From: an uncultured Pseudomonadota bacterium
GTDB taxonomy: Bacteria; Oederibacteriota; Muellerivitia; Muellerivitales; Muellerivitaceae
Assembly: GCA_963836235.1 (NCBI GenBank)
Contig: CAWIIP010000004.1
Span: 288,001 to 352,000, forward strand
Direction: 5' to 3'
Length of the DNA: 64,000 nucleotides
Shown here: piece by piece, positions 37,515-48,531 of the stretch
Numbering within the stretch: the stretch's first letter is position 1
How the letters are laid out: each line of letters opens with the position of its first letter
Notes under the pieces: model-generated
Told to the model about the DNA's origin: nothing
What the model saw: only the letters and a program-made list of their open reading frames with translations
The model's database searches: none
Program-made: the position numbers and the translations under genes

Positions 37515-38045
37515 ATGTCCAAGCGCTGGTACGTGATCAATACTTATTCCGGGTATGAGGCCAAGGTGAAGACCAACCTGGAAAATCGGATTAAGAGCAT
37601 GAAAATGGAAGACAAGATCTTCCAGATCCTGATCCCCTCGGAGGAAGTCACCGAGACCCGTGCCGGCAAGAAACGCATCACGAATAAGAAATTTTTCCCC
37701 GGATATATTCTGGTGGAAATGGATATGGATGAGAATTCCTGGTCGGTCGTCCGCAACACCCCTAAGGTAACTAGTTTCGTGGGGTCGGGTAATAAGCCCA
37801 TTCCGCTTCCTGACGAGGAAGTGACGGCTATCTTGGAACACATTGGCAAGCGTCGTGAGCGCAGGGCCTTGAAGAGCCAATTTGATAAGGGTGATTTAGT
37901 AAAGGTGATGGATGGACCTTTCGCGAATTTCTCGGGTTCGGTTGAGGAAATCAACCCGGAGCGTGAGAGGGTGAAGGTCATGGTGACCATCTTTGGCCGG
38001 CAGACGCCGGTGGAACTGGAATTCCATCAAATCGAAAAAGAATAG
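37515..38045 (+). CDS. nusG: Transcription factor NusG
   Basis: [21 protein letters not shown] motif, [10 protein letters not shown]. Confidence 0.98.
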   Translation: MSKRWYVINTYSGYEAKVKTNLENRIKSMKMEDKIFQILIPSEEVTETRAGKKRITNKKFFPGYILVEMDMDENSWSVVRNTPKVTSFVGSGNKPIPLPDEEVTAILEHIGKRRERRALKSQFDKGDLVKVMDGPFANFSGSVEEINPERERVKVMVTIFGRQTPVELEFHQIEKE

Positions 38046-38086
38046 CTTGCTTTTAAGAAGCAAGTAGAAGGAATAAGGAAAAGGTT

Positions 38087-38512
38087 ATGGCAAAAGAATT
38101 AAACGCGATGGTAAAGCTTCAAATCCCGGCCGGTAAGGCGAATCCGGCTCCTCCCGTTGGCCCGGCTTTGGGCCAGCACGGTGTCAATATCATGGAGTTC
38201 TGCAAGCAATTCAACGCGGCAACCCAAAAGCAGGACGGCTTGATCATTCCGGTGGTTATCTCTATCTATAAGGATCGTTCCTTTACTTTTATCACCAAGA
38301 CGCCCCCGGCTTCCGTTCTCTTGTTGAAGGCGGCGGGATTGGCTAAGGGGTCGCCGGTCCCCAACAAGCAAAAAGTCGCGAAAGTGACTTTGAAGCAGGT
38401 TGAGGAAATCGCAAGAACTAAAATGCCGGATTTAAACGCGCAAAAGCTGGACTCCGCCATGCGAATGGTGGAAGGAACGGCTCGCAGCATGGGAATCGAA
38501 ATTCAAAGGTAA
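38087..38512 (+). CDS. rplK: 50S ribosomal protein L11
   Basis: [12 protein letters not shown]. Confidence 0.98.
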   Translation: MAKELNAMVKLQIPAGKANPAPPVGPALGQHGVNIMEFCKQFNAATQKQDGLIIPVVISIYKDRSFTFITKTPPASVLLLKAAGLAKGSPVPNKQKVAKVTLKQVEEIARTKMPDLNAQKLDSAMRMVEGTARSMGIEIQR

Positions 38513-38591
38513 CCTTCGGGTTTCTTTTGGTTTAAAATAACTGTGGGAGCTTCATCGATAGGGTGGGGCGCTTGAACCACGGGAGGAAAAT

Positions 38592-39302
38592 ATGGCTAAG
38601 AAGGCAAGCAAAAGGCATCGCAAGAATGTCGAGTTGGTGGATAAAACCAAGTCTTATGTCCTGACCGAAGCGGTCGGGCTCCTCAAGAAGGCGGCTCCCG
38701 CCAAGTTCAATGAGACGGTCGAGCTTCATATCAAGCTCGGAGTGGATCCCAAGAAAGCCGACCAACAGGTTCGCGGCACGGTTTCCCTTCCTCACGGCAC
38801 AGGTAAAACTCTCAAAGTCGCGGTTTTGGCCAAGGGTGAAAAAATTAAAGAAGCCGAAGCGGCCGGCGCTGATTTTGCTGGTGACACCGATTTAATTGAA
38901 AAAATCGCGGGTGGTTTCCTGGATTTCGACGTCTTGGTGGCTACGCCCGATATCATGCGTGAAACCGGTAAATTGGGTAAGGTGTTGGGCCCCAAGGGTC
39001 TGATGCCCAATCCGAAAGCTGGAACGGTGACTCCCAACGTGGCCCAAGCGGTCAAGGAAATCAAAGCTGGTAAGATCGAATATCGTGTGGATGACCAAGG
39101 AATTTGCCACGCCGGAGTCGGTAAAATTAAGTTCGAAGAGAAGCAGATCCTGGAAAATGCCCAGGCCCTGATCAGAACCCTGGTGTCAGTAAAACCCGCC
39201 TCGGCTAAGGGGACCTACTTGATTTCGGCCCATTTGACATCAAGTATGGGTCCTGGAATTAAAGTGGACACTGGGGAGTTTACAAAAACCGTAGCAAAGT
39301 GA
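38592..39302 (+). CDS. rplA: 50S ribosomal protein L1
   Basis: [18 protein letters not shown]. Confidence 0.98.
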   Translation: MAKKASKRHRKNVELVDKTKSYVLTEAVGLLKKAAPAKFNETVELHIKLGVDPKKADQQVRGTVSLPHGTGKTLKVAVLAKGEKIKEAEAAGADFAGDTDLIEKIAGGFLDFDVLVATPDIMRETGKLGKVLGPKGLMPNPKAGTVTPNVAQAVKEIKAGKIEYRVDDQGICHAGVGKIKFEEKQILENAQALIRTLVSVKPASAKGTYLISAHLTSSMGPGIKVDTGEFTKTVAK

Positions 39303-39354
39303 TAGTATTCAACGCTCCCCGACCTTCGGGTTGGGGCGTTTCTGTGGCAGTGAA

Positions 39355-39478
39355 GTAGTCTAAGACAGCGGGCGTCCTGAAAGGGACTTAATGCAAGCCC
39401 GCCGAGACGAATCGGAAGATAAAGAGTATTCCAATACCCTTCATCCGGTCGTTTCGGATGAGGGGTTTTTCTTTTTGC
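39355..39478 (+). ncRNA. L10 leader with downstream attenuator-like hairpin
   Basis: TAAGACAGCGGG...TTAA...CCCGCCGAGAC motif upstream of rplJ, then CCTTCATCCG...CGGATGAGG followed by a U-rich tract. Confidence 0.75.
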
Positions 39479-39560
39479 GGCCTTGGATTTGATGAAGCGA
39501 ATCCGGTCCAAAATTCCCTTATCCCAAGTTTGAAAATTGATTCGAGAGGTGGTGATTTTT

Positions 39561-40106
39561 TTGACAGAACATAAGAAGCGCGAACCAAAGGCGGAAAAGG
39601 TTCAAGTGGTGGAAGATTTCACCAAGAGGGTCCAGGCGTCTAAATCAGCGGTCATCACGGGTTACACCGGGTTGACGGTGGAGGAAGTCACGGACTTACG
39701 CGCCAAGCTCTTTCATGCCAAGGTGGAATACCATGTCGTGAAAAACAACCTGGCCCGTATCGCCTTGAACCAGTGCAATATCACGGTTCTCGACGATCTC
39801 TTGACCGGCCCCACGGCCATCGCTTTGGCGATGGAAGACGCGGTGGCTCCGGCACGAGTTCTTTCCAAGTTCGCTAAGGACCACGAAAAGTTGTCCGTCA
39901 AGGGCGGATGGATGGAAGGGAAGAAGATCACTGTTCAGGATATCAAGGCCTTGGCTAATTTGCCGAGCCGCGAAGTCCTGTTGGCGAAAGCCTTGGGCAG
40001 CATGAAGTCGCCCATTTCAGGAATTGTCCGGGTTTTGGCCGGTCCCGCAAGCAAATTGGTTTATGCCCTCAATGCCGTCGCTCAGGCGAAGGAAAAAACA
40101 GCCTGA
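39561..40106 (+). CDS. rplJ: 50S ribosomal protein L10
   Basis: YTGLTV, VVKNNL, LPSREVLLA; TTG start after GAGGT. Confidence 0.96.
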   Translation: MTEHKKREPKAEKVQVVEDFTKRVQASKSAVITGYTGLTVEEVTDLRAKLFHAKVEYHVVKNNLARIALNQCNITVLDDLLTGPTAIALAMEDAVAPARVLSKFAKDHEKLSVKGGWMEGKKITVQDIKALANLPSREVLLAKALGSMKSPISGIVRVLAGPASKLVYALNAVAQAKEKTA

Positions 40107-40172
40107 TCTTAATCACCCACTCTGGCTTTTTTGGCCGGATACAAGAAAAATAAAATTTGGAGGAAGTTTCAA

Positions 40173-40550
40173 ATGCCTACTTTAACGAAAGATGAGTTTA
40201 TCGCCGCCATCGAGCAAATGAGCGTTCTGGACTTGAACGAACTCGTGAAAGCCCTCGAGACCAAGTTTGGCGTGTCTGCCGCCGCTCCCGTAGCTGTTGC
40301 CGCTGGTGGAGCCGCTGCCGCCGCTGTCGAGGAAAAGACCTCGTTCGACGTGAATTTGAAGACGGTCGATGCCGCCAAGAAAATCAACGTCATTAAGGTC
40401 GTCCGCGAAGTCACTGGATTGGGCTTGAAGGAAGCCAAGGATTTGGTCGATGGAGCCCCGAAACCCATCAAGACCGGCGTTTCCAAGGCTGAGGCCGATG
40501 GAATCGTCGCCAAGTTCAAGGATTCCGGCGCCGAAGTCGAAATCAAGTAA
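40173..40550 (+). CDS. rplL: 50S ribosomal protein L7/L12
   Basis: [23 protein letters not shown]. Confidence 0.98.
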   Translation: MPTLTKDEFIAAIEQMSVLDLNELVKALETKFGVSAAAPVAVAAGGAAAAAVEEKTSFDVNLKTVDAAKKINVIKVVREVTGLGLKEAKDLVDGAPKPIKTGVSKAEADGIVAKFKDSGAEVEIK

Positions 40551-40560
40551 GAAGCTTTTT

Positions 40561-40600
40561 AAAGCCCTGTTCCGCGAGAGCGGGGCAGGGCTTTTTGTTT
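40561..40600 (+). terminator. Rho-independent terminator after rplL
   Basis: AAAGCCCTGTTCCGC-gaga-GCGGGGCAGGGCTTTTT. Confidence 0.85.
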
Positions 40601-40761
40601 TCCGGCCCCGGGGGTTTAAGGGGCAGCGCCCCTTAGGTTTTTGAGTGGGGTTCACAGGGGGAAACTCCACTGTGAGCGGAGCGGGGCAGGGCTTTTTTGT
40701 TTTGTGGTCTTGTTAAAAAAGGTAACATAGGCCACCCTTACAAAAACGGGGAGGTAAAATC

Positions 40762-41253
40762 ATGGAAGACGCTCTCTTAAAACAAATCCGTAAAAATTTC
40801 GAATACGATTATTGGGCTAACGACCAATACCTAAAGGCCCTTTTGGTAATGCCCCAGCCGCCTGAAAAGGCCGTTAAAATGTTCGCTCACATCTTATTCG
40901 CGTTGGACGTTTGGCTGGCCCGGTTGATGAAGGAGGACCTTTCCCAATTCACCGACCCTAACCCTTCCTACACACTGGCTGAATGCCGTAAAAAATTGGA
41001 CGACCTTCATGAAAAATGGAAAGGGTATTTGTCGTCTTTGGCGCCGGAGGAGTTGACGGGAAAGTTCTCCGCCCCAAACACTCAGGGAAAACTTTCCGAG
41101 CACATGGTTCAAAACGTTCTGTTTCAGGTAATCACCCATTCGCACTATCATCGCGGCCAATTGGCGCCTCTCGTGCACCAGGGAGGGGGCAAACGCCCCG
41201 GGACCGATTACATCGGTTATGCCTACGCGATCGGAGAGTCCAAATTCGTATGA
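40762..41253 (+). CDS. DinB/YfiT-family protein
   Basis: YDYWAN, AHI...W, HSHYHRGQL. Confidence 0.88.
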   Translation: MEDALLKQIRKNFEYDYWANDQYLKALLVMPQPPEKAVKMFAHILFALDVWLARLMKEDLSQFTDPNPSYTLAECRKKLDDLHEKWKGYLSSLAPEELTGKFSAPNTQGKLSEHMVQNVLFQVITHSHYHRGQLAPLVHQGGGKRPGTDYIGYAYAIGESKFV

Positions 41254-41900
41254 ACAAAGGCCTGTTTATTACATTCGAAGGCACGGAAGGTTCCGGTAAA
41301 AGCACCCAGTTGCACCTGCTGGCCGCCGTCCTCAAGGAATACCGAATCCCCCACATTGTTACACGTGAGCCAGGTGGATCGAGCTTGAGCACCCAGTTGC
41401 GGCATTGGATTCTGAACAAACTGGAATACAACCTGATGCCTCGTACTGAATTGTTATTGTTCCTGGCGGACCGGGCTCAGCACGTGGGAGAAGTGATCGA
41501 ACCCGCCTTGAAACAGGGAAAAGTGGTCCTTTGCGACCGTTACTCCGATTCCACCTTGGCCTACCAAGGCGGGGGCCGGGGTTTCCAGATGAAGTTATTA
41601 AAAACACTGAATCAAACCGCGAGCGAATTAAAGCCGGACTTGACCCTTCTTTTCGACTTGCCGGTGGAAGTAGGACTCAGGCGGGCACTGGGTCGAGGCA
41701 AGGGGAAGGACCGCATGGAAAGCGAGGGCCTGAGATTCCACCGGGCGGTCCGCCGGGTTTACTTGGAAACCGCCCGCAAGGAAAAGGGCCGGTTTATTGT
41801 CGTTAACGCCAACCAAAGCCGGGAATTCGCGTACCAGGAAATGTTGGAAGGCTTGATTGACCGGCTGCCTTTGCGAAAAAAAGGCGGGCAACGTGGCTGA
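41250..41900 (+). CDS. tmk: Thymidylate kinase
   Basis: FEGTEGSGKSTQ, TREPGG, CDRYSDSTLAYQG. Confidence 0.96.
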   Translation: MNKGLFITFEGTEGSGKSTQLHLLAAVLKEYRIPHIVTREPGGSSLSTQLRHWILNKLEYNLMPRTELLLFLADRAQHVGEVIEPALKQGKVVLCDRYSDSTLAYQGGGRGFQMKLLKTLNQTASELKPDLTLLFDLPVEVGLRRALGRGKGKDRMESEGLRFHRAVRRVYLETARKEKGRFIVVNANQSREFAYQEMLEGLIDRLPLRKKGGQRG

Positions 41901-42963
41901 ATATTCCATTCCCCGTTTGGAAAAACTTAACTCCCAACCGGAAGTCCAGAAGCTTTTAAAGGGCCTTCTGGACCATCCCGGCGTCCAAACCTTTCTTTGG
42001 GTTGGGCCGGAAGGGGTTGGCAAGAAAACCTACGCCCTTTCCCTGGTGCGAAGCCTTTTCTGCAAGGAGGGGGTGGATTGCGAAGGTTGCGCAACCTGCA
42101 AGCAGGTTCTCAGCAAAGGCCATCCCGATCTGTTTTGGGTCCATCGGGACCATTTCTGGAGCGATGATCCGGACGATAAGAAAAAACAAGGGATCGTGGT
42201 GGATGTGGCTAAACGCCTTTCGGAAAAGCTCAACCGGGCGCCTTTCTCGGGGCCTTTCAATGTTGCCGTCATTCCCAATGCGGAGGAATTAAACAAGGAC
42301 GCCCAAAATGTCCTTTTGAAAACCCTCGAGGAACCACCGGCCAACTCTCTTGTGATTTTATTGGCCGAAAAGACGGGCGAATTCCTTCCTACTGTTCTTT
42401 CTCGTTGCCGTTTGGTGCGTTTTCCCGCTGTGCACACAAAGACCATCGAGGAAATCTTGGTGAGGGATTATGGATGGAAAAAGCCCGAGGCGTTGAAAAC
42501 GTCCGAGGAAGCCAATGGCAATTTGGCCCTGGCGTTGAAATTGGCTGATGAAAACTGGGCCGAATTTCGGGATAAGGTATGCGGGGATTTTGACAAGGCT
42601 CTCCAAGGGCCGGATGAGGAGTGGCTTTCCTTGGTCAGTGAATATGACCAGTGGGAACCCGACTTTTTAGGCGATAGGGAAATGACGGCCACTCAACGAA
42701 AGGGCGAGGTGTTGACGGCGGCGTTCCAGGTTTACTTGGCCTTGTGGTCCCGACGCTTGTCGGGTGGCGCGGAAATCCCCGCCCGATTAGTTTCCTTGCC
42801 ATCGGATGTAGTCTTAAAGTGCCTGCAAAAACACCAAGATATGATACCGACTAATTTGAATTCGAGGATGATACTGGATCACTTATTCATGGAATTACGG
42901 GAAGGATTCAAGAGGGGCGAACTTCTTAATCGTTCCTTTTCGGAAATGTCGGTTCAACTTTAG
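41893..42963 (+). CDS. holB: DNA polymerase III delta' subunit
   Basis: GPEGVGK, Zn cluster, HPD, NVLLKTLEEPP, TVLSRC; synteny with tmk. Confidence 0.9.
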   Translation: MAEYSIPRLEKLNSQPEVQKLLKGLLDHPGVQTFLWVGPEGVGKKTYALSLVRSLFCKEGVDCEGCATCKQVLSKGHPDLFWVHRDHFWSDDPDDKKKQGIVVDVAKRLSEKLNRAPFSGPFNVAVIPNAEELNKDAQNVLLKTLEEPPANSLVILLAEKTGEFLPTVLSRCRLVRFPAVHTKTIEEILVRDYGWKKPEALKTSEEANGNLALALKLADENWAEFRDKVCGDFDKALQGPDEEWLSLVSEYDQWEPDFLGDREMTATQRKGEVLTAAFQVYLALWSRRLSGGAEIPARLVSLPSDVVLKCLQKHQDMIPTNLNSRMILDHLFMELREGFKRGELLNRSFSEMSVQL

Positions 42964-42985
42964 CATAATCTAAACGGAGAACAGG

Positions 42986-44542
42986 ATGTCTGAAACCAAA
43001 AAAACCTTTTACGTCACTACTCCCATTTACTATGTGAACGACGTGCCCCACATCGGGCATGCCTATTCCACCGTGGGTGCGGATGCCCTTGCCCGATTCA
43101 AACGTATGGATGGGTACGATGTCTTCTTCTTGACAGGCACGGACGAGCACGGCCAGAAGATCGCCAAGACCGCCCAAGAGGAAGGTTTGGAACCCAAACA
43201 ATTGGCCGACCGAGTTGTGGAAAGATTCAAGGAAGCCTGGGTTAAACTAGGCATTTCAAATGATTCTTTCATCCGGACGACCGATGAAAATCACGTGAGG
43301 GCCGCCCAAGCTTTCTTCAAAAAAGTGATGGATGCGGGGTTTATCTACAAGGCTGATTATGAGGGGTGGTATTGTCTCCCCGATGAGAAATTCCTGTTAG
43401 ATTCCGAGGTGGTGGATGGAAAGTGCCCGGATTGCGGTCGGCCAGTGGAACGGATCAAGGAACAAAATTATTTCTTCAAGATGTCGGCCTTTCAGAAACA
43501 ATTGGAACGACATTTAGAAGAACACCCTGAATTTCTCCAGCCTGCGTCCCGTAAAAATGAACTCATTAATAATTTCATCAAACCAGGATTGGCCGACGTA
43601 TCCATTACCCGGTCCTCTGTTAAATGGGGCGTAAAGGCTCCCGTGCCGGAAACCGCGGTCATTTATGTTTGGTTTGACGCTCTGGTGAACTACCTTTCGG
43701 CATTGGGTTGGCCGGATGGGGAAAATTATAAGAAATTCTGGCCCGCCGATGTCCATATTATTGGAAAGGACATCCTGCGGTTCCATACCACTATCTGGCC
43801 GACCGCCCTCATGGCCGCGGGCATACCGCTTCCGAAGAAAGTTTTTGGGACAGGGTATATCAACAAAGACGGCAAGAAGATGTCTAAAAGTCTTGGGAAC
43901 GTGGTGGACCCTTTCGAATTGGTGGCCGCCTATGGTCCGGACGCCTTGCGCTATTACTTGCTTCGAGAAATAGCGTTCGGTTTGGATGGAAACTATACCG
44001 ACGAATCCTTCCAATTGCGTTTCAACGGCGACCTGGCCAATGACCTGGGTAATCTGGTGAGTCGTAGTCTTACCATGTTGGAGAAGTATTTTGAAGGCGT
44101 TGTCCCTAAACCGGGATCTTCGGGAGAATTTGAAAACCAATTAGCCGCAATTGCCAAGGCCTATCCTTCCAAATCGAGGACAGCTATGGATAATCTGGAA
44201 TTTCACACCACTTTGACCCAGGCTTGGGACTTGGTCAAACGCTCCAACAAGTACATTGAGGAAACGTCACCTTGGAAGGTGGCCAAAGAAGGGGATGTGA
44301 GCAAAGAAAAGCTGGCAACGATCCTATATTCACTCATGGAATCTTTGCGGGTAACGGCTATTTCCATTGCGCCTTTTTTGCCTTTTACGGCCCAGGCCAT
44401 TTGGAGCCAATTGGGTTATAGGGATGATGTGCACAAACATTCGCTCAAAGAAACCGAAGAATGGGGCCTGATTCCGGTTGGACAAAAGATTGTCAAGGGA
44501 CCGCCTCTGTTTCCGCGTATTGAAAAGGAAAAGAAGAAATAA
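42986..44542 (+). CDS. metG: Methionyl-tRNA synthetase (short form)
   Basis: HIGH, YVWFDAL, KMSKS. Confidence 0.97.
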   Translation: MSETKKTFYVTTPIYYVNDVPHIGHAYSTVGADALARFKRMDGYDVFFLTGTDEHGQKIAKTAQEEGLEPKQLADRVVERFKEAWVKLGISNDSFIRTTDENHVRAAQAFFKKVMDAGFIYKADYEGWYCLPDEKFLLDSEVVDGKCPDCGRPVERIKEQNYFFKMSAFQKQLERHLEEHPEFLQPASRKNELINNFIKPGLADVSITRSSVKWGVKAPVPETAVIYVWFDALVNYLSALGWPDGENYKKFWPADVHIIGKDILRFHTTIWPTALMAAGIPLPKKVFGTGYINKDGKKMSKSLGNVVDPFELVAAYGPDALRYYLLREIAFGLDGNYTDESFQLRFNGDLANDLGNLVSRSLTMLEKYFEGVVPKPGSSGEFENQLAAIAKAYPSKSRTAMDNLEFHTTLTQAWDLVKRSNKYIEETSPWKVAKEGDVSKEKLATILYSLMESLRVTAISIAPFLPFTAQAIWSQLGYRDDVHKHSLKETEEWGLIPVGQKIVKGPPLFPRIEKEKKK

Positions 44543-45309
44543 TGACAGTTCTCGTTGATTCACACTGCCATTTGGATGACGAGCGCCTCTTGGCCGACGA
44601 GGAAACTATCCTCCGGAAAGCCAAGGAATTCGGGGTGGAATTCCTCGTGACCATCGGCACGGACGAGAAGACTTCGGCGGCGGCGGCCCAGATTGCTTCC
44701 CGCCATAATGGCAGGGTCTACCACACGGTAGGAGCGCATCCCTCCGATGTGGATCGGTTTGGAGAGGCCGAATTGGTTGAGATCGAAAGGCTGGCGAGGG
44801 AAACGAAGCCTAAGGCAATCGGCGAAATCGGATTGGATTATTACCATGATTCCAACCGGGAAAAGCAGGCCGTGGTTTTTGAACGAATGATCCATCTGGC
44901 CCGGAGTTTATCCCTTCCCATCGTTATTCATGACCGGGACGCTCACGAGGATATCCATCGAATCCTGAGTGATAAGGCGAAAGGCTTGAAAATCATGATG
45001 CATTGTTATTCCGCGGGGCCGGGTTTCGTGGACCGGTTTATGGATTTAGGCTGTCTTTTCTCTATCGCGGGACCGGTAACCTTTAAGAACGGCCAGGACC
45101 ACCGGGACGCCGTGGTGAAAATTCCCCTGGATCGATTGGTGGTTGAAACCGATTCTCCCTATTTAACCCCGCATCCTTTCCGGGGTCAGCGTAACGAACC
45201 GGCTTACGTGAAGTTCACCGCCGAGAAAGTCGCCGAAGTTAAAGGGGTGAGTCTTGAGGAATTGGCCGATGCCACCACCCAAAACGCCAGGAAATTTTTC
45301 GGAATCTGA
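44542..45309 (+). CDS. TatD-family hydrolase
   Basis: DSHCH, GEIGLDY, ETDSPYL. Confidence 0.95.
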   Translation: MTVLVDSHCHLDDERLLADEETILRKAKEFGVEFLVTIGTDEKTSAAAAQIASRHNGRVYHTVGAHPSDVDRFGEAELVEIERLARETKPKAIGEIGLDYYHDSNREKQAVVFERMIHLARSLSLPIVIHDRDAHEDIHRILSDKAKGLKIMMHCYSAGPGFVDRFMDLGCLFSIAGPVTFKNGQDHRDAVVKIPLDRLVVETDSPYLTPHPFRGQRNEPAYVKFTAEKVAEVKGVSLEELADATTQNARKFFGI

Positions 45310-45312
45310 GAA

Positions 45313-47241
45313 CTATTGTGGCGAGAGGGATTGTACCATTTGAAGGGCAACGGGATTTTGGGGTCGGTCCCTTAAGACTCGCCTCATACAAGTAAGTGCC
45401 TCGTTGTACCGTTTGCCATAGTAATAAAGACAACCCAAATTGTAGTAATAGTCGTAATACCGGCCTTGAGTCCGTTGAATCCCCTCCAACAGACATGTTT
45501 CCGCCACTTCGGGGTGACCGGTGTAGGTTGTGAAAATCCCAAGGTTCAAAAGGCCGTTGGAATAAGTCGAAGGTTCGTAAAAGTCCCTCCCAAAACAGCT
45601 CAAGTCCGAAGCTGGAGTCGCCGAAAGTAGGGATGGGGCTTGGGAGATAATGGTTTTGGAAAGTCCCCTCTCTGCCAAAAGCCGGTCGTAATCCAGCCCC
45701 GTTATTTGGTCCATATAGCTTTTACGAAGATAGAGTGCGGTACATTCATCCAGGTAGACCAGTCTCCAATCGGGACTTTGGTTGAGATAGACTATCCATT
45801 GCATAGCATAGAGCGGGTTGAAGAAAAAAATGTCGGGTTTGTACTTTTCGATCAGGGCTTGCGGGCCCGCTTCGCCTAACGATGCCGAATATTCCCCAAG
45901 GAATTCTCCGCCCATCACGTCCAAACGGCCATCCATAAAGGTTTTTTGCGGCCCCTGCCAGTCCAGCCAATCGCCCGCGTCCAGGGTATTGATAATCCTT
46001 CCGTCCAAATGGTTTTGGGCCAGGAACTGACAGGCCCGGACCGGCAAGGTTTCCTGATCCAGCCCAAGCCCAAAACGGTCGGAAAGCCTGTCCGAAACAT
46101 AATGGGCATTAGTGAGCACCCGAAGTCCGAACCCCAAAAGAAACAGCGCTAAGACCCAGGCGGTGAAGGGCAGGGCTATAAAGCGATCCTGCAATTTTTG
46201 AAGCCAGGGCCATTCCAAGTCTGTCCAGCAAACAGTCGCCAGCGGGACGGAGGAGATCATGAATAAAGGGATGTTCCGCACGGCGACAACCGACAGACCG
46301 AAGAAAAAGACAACAAGAAGCCATTCACGAATTTTCCGGCGGCGGAAGGTGGCGGCCAGCAAGGCCAGCAAAAAGAGGCTGAAAGTCTTGTAGGCGAACA
46401 GATATAGGGCCGGTACCCAGGAAGAGGGGTCGTGAATGGACCAGGGCGGCTGGAATTCTTTGGCCATAAATTTGTAGATTTCGGATGAACCAAGGGTGCC
46501 GAGGAAAGAAAAGGGGAAAAGAAATCCCCGGATAAAATGAGGGTTCATAAGGCATAAGGCCAGCGATAGGAAGAAATATTTTAGGAGTTTCCTATCGGTT
46601 TTGGAGGAGGGGGAGAGTCCTGAAAGGGCGTAAAATCCCATTACCGCCCAACCAATGAAGAAAAGCCCCTCGGTATTGACCCAAATCCATTGAATCAGGG
46701 GAAGTAAGAATAAGAGGTCTTTCTTGGCCGTTGTCCTCCATTCCAATATCAAAAGCGTTAAGCCTAGAAGAACCCAACTGAGGACTTCCGGCCTCACCCT
46801 GATACGGGTTTCGGAAGCCAAAACAGCCGCCGCGAACAGGAGGACACATAGGCCAAAGGGGGTGGACTTTTCCCGCAAACGAATCCAAACAAGGAAAAAA
46901 GCGGCGATGGCCAAGAGGATGTGGGAAAGGGAAAGGCATTCATATCCACCTAGCCGGTAAAGAAGGTAGAGCGATACCTGGTAAAGGGATTCCATGTCCA
47001 GATATTCGTGACCGGCGACGGTATAAGTGTAGGTATCGATATTTGGAAATCGGTGGTTTTGTAATATCCATTGGCCGGTTCGCAAATGGAAGCCCACATC
47101 GGAATCGTTGAGGCGATGGGTTCCAAAAAGAATCAGCAAAAGAAAAGAACCTAGAAGGGGTAAAAGCCAAGGGGTTAAGTATGGAAACCGGTTAGAAGAA
47201 GTTGGAGAAATCGGAACCGGGATTGAGGGTGTTGAATTCAT
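45313..47241 (-). CDS. Polytopic membrane protein (GT-C-like) with C-terminal TPR
   Basis: DVGFHLRTGQWI, RPE, FMDGRLD; many TM segments; TPR-like tail. Confidence 0.7.
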   Translation of the reverse strand: MNSTPSIPVPISPTSSNRFPYLTPWLLPLLGSFLLLILFGTHRLNDSDVGFHLRTGQWILQNHRFPNIDTYTYTVAGHEYLDMESLYQVSLYLLYRLGGYECLSLSHILLAIAAFFLVWIRLREKSTPFGLCVLLFAAAVLASETRIRVRPEVLSWVLLGLTLLILEWRTTAKKDLLFLLPLIQWIWVNTEGLFFIGWAVMGFYALSGLSPSSKTDRKLLKYFFLSLALCLMNPHFIRGFLFPFSFLGTLGSSEIYKFMAKEFQPPWSIHDPSSWVPALYLFAYKTFSLFLLALLAATFRRRKIREWLLVVFFFGLSVVAVRNIPLFMISSVPLATVCWTDLEWPWLQKLQDRFIALPFTAWVLALFLLGFGLRVLTNAHYVSDRLSDRFGLGLDQETLPVRACQFLAQNHLDGRIINTLDAGDWLDWQGPQKTFMDGRLDVMGGEFLGEYSASLGEAGPQALIEKYKPDIFFFNPLYAMQWIVYLNQSPDWRLVYLDECTALYLRKSYMDQITGLDYDRLLAERGLSKTIISQAPSLLSATPASDLSCFGRDFYEPSTYSNGLLNLGIFTTYTGHPEVAETCLLEGIQRTQGRYYDYYYNLGCLYYYGKRYNEALTCMRRVLRDRPQNPVALQMVQSLSPQ

Positions 47242-47505
47242 CGGCCAATTATAACAAAGGGGATTTTTTCGGTGATTTTGGCTTTTCGTGTTTCGAAAGG
47301 CGATTATGTTGTTTTTGCCGCTTTTTACCAATCCTCCTATTGGCTTTGAAGCCCTTCCGAGTAAAATAACCCTCCCATTTACGCAGTTCTTCGATTGTGA
47401 ATGGGGCCCCCGGCCCCAAATTGAGAACTGTGTCACCCTCATTCCTTTAATCGGGCTTTGCCCGATATGGTTAGGAAAAACGAGGGTACCCTGAAAGGCT
47501 GGGCC

Positions 47506-48531
47506 ATGATTCGTGAATCTTTAGTCAAACTATCGCAAAAGCAATCTCTCGCCGAAAAAGAGACCTACGATTGCATGCTGGAAATATTGGAGGGCCATGC
47601 CACGCCGGCTCAAGTGGCGGGTTATCTTTCTTTTTTAAATTACAAAGGTGAAACAGCCGCGGAAGTGGTGGGGAGCGTCAAGGCCATGCGGGAAAAGATG
47701 GTCCGGGTCAACGCCGAAGGGCTCGCGGCCATCGATGTTTGCGGGACCGGGGGCGACCACCGGGGGACCTTCAATATTTCAACCTGCGCGGCCCTCGTAC
47801 TGGCCGGGGGGGATGTGGTGGTGGCCAAACACGGCAATCGGGCGGCATCCAGCCAATGCGGCAGCGCGGAAGTCCTGGACACCCTGGGGGTCAAAATCGA
47901 CCCGACCACCCATGTCATCGAGAAATGCCTGCAAGAGGCGAAGATCGCCTTTCTGTTCGCGCCTCATTTTCATCCGGCCATGAAGAACGTCGGAGCGGTT
48001 CGCAAAGAATTGGGCATTCGCACCTTGTTTAACATTTTGGGTCCCATGTGCAATCCGGCCTTGGTCAAGCGCCAGGTCATCGGGGTATTCGACCTGGAAA
48101 AGGCCAAGCTGATGGCCGAAGTCCTGGTGAAGGCCGGAAGCGACCGGGTCATCACACTTCATAGTCAGGAAGGGTTGGATGAAGTCTCCTGCGCGGGCCC
48201 GACCTCACTTTTCTTGGCCGAGAAGGGACCGGATTCTTCGGTTGATGTCACGGAAATGGTCATCCAGCCGGAGTCCTTCGGCTTTCAACGTCACGATCTG
48301 CAAGAACTGAAGGGAAGTGACGCGTCCGCCAATGCGAAGATTCTTACGGAAATTCTCCATGGCGAAAAGGGACCGCGCCGGGAAGCGGTTGTCATGAACG
48401 CGGCCATTGGCTTTTATGTCGCCGGCAAAGGCCCCACTTTTAAAGCCGGTCGGGAATTAGCCGAGGAATCCCTGGATTCGGGCAAGGCTTTGCAGGCCCT
48501 TGAAACCCTGAAGAAAGTATCCCATTCATGA
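47506..48531 (+). CDS. trpD: Anthranilate phosphoribosyltransferase
   Basis: DVCGTGGD, FNIST, KHGNR. Confidence 0.96.
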   Translation: MIRESLVKLSQKQSLAEKETYDCMLEILEGHATPAQVAGYLSFLNYKGETAAEVVGSVKAMREKMVRVNAEGLAAIDVCGTGGDHRGTFNISTCAALVLAGGDVVVAKHGNRAASSQCGSAEVLDTLGVKIDPTTHVIEKCLQEAKIAFLFAPHFHPAMKNVGAVRKELGIRTLFNILGPMCNPALVKRQVIGVFDLEKAKLMAEVLVKAGSDRVITLHSQEGLDEVSCAGPTSLFLAEKGPDSSVDVTEMVIQPESFGFQRHDLQELKGSDASANAKILTEILHGEKGPRREAVVMNAAIGFYVAGKGPTFKAGRELAEESLDSGKALQALETLKKVSHS

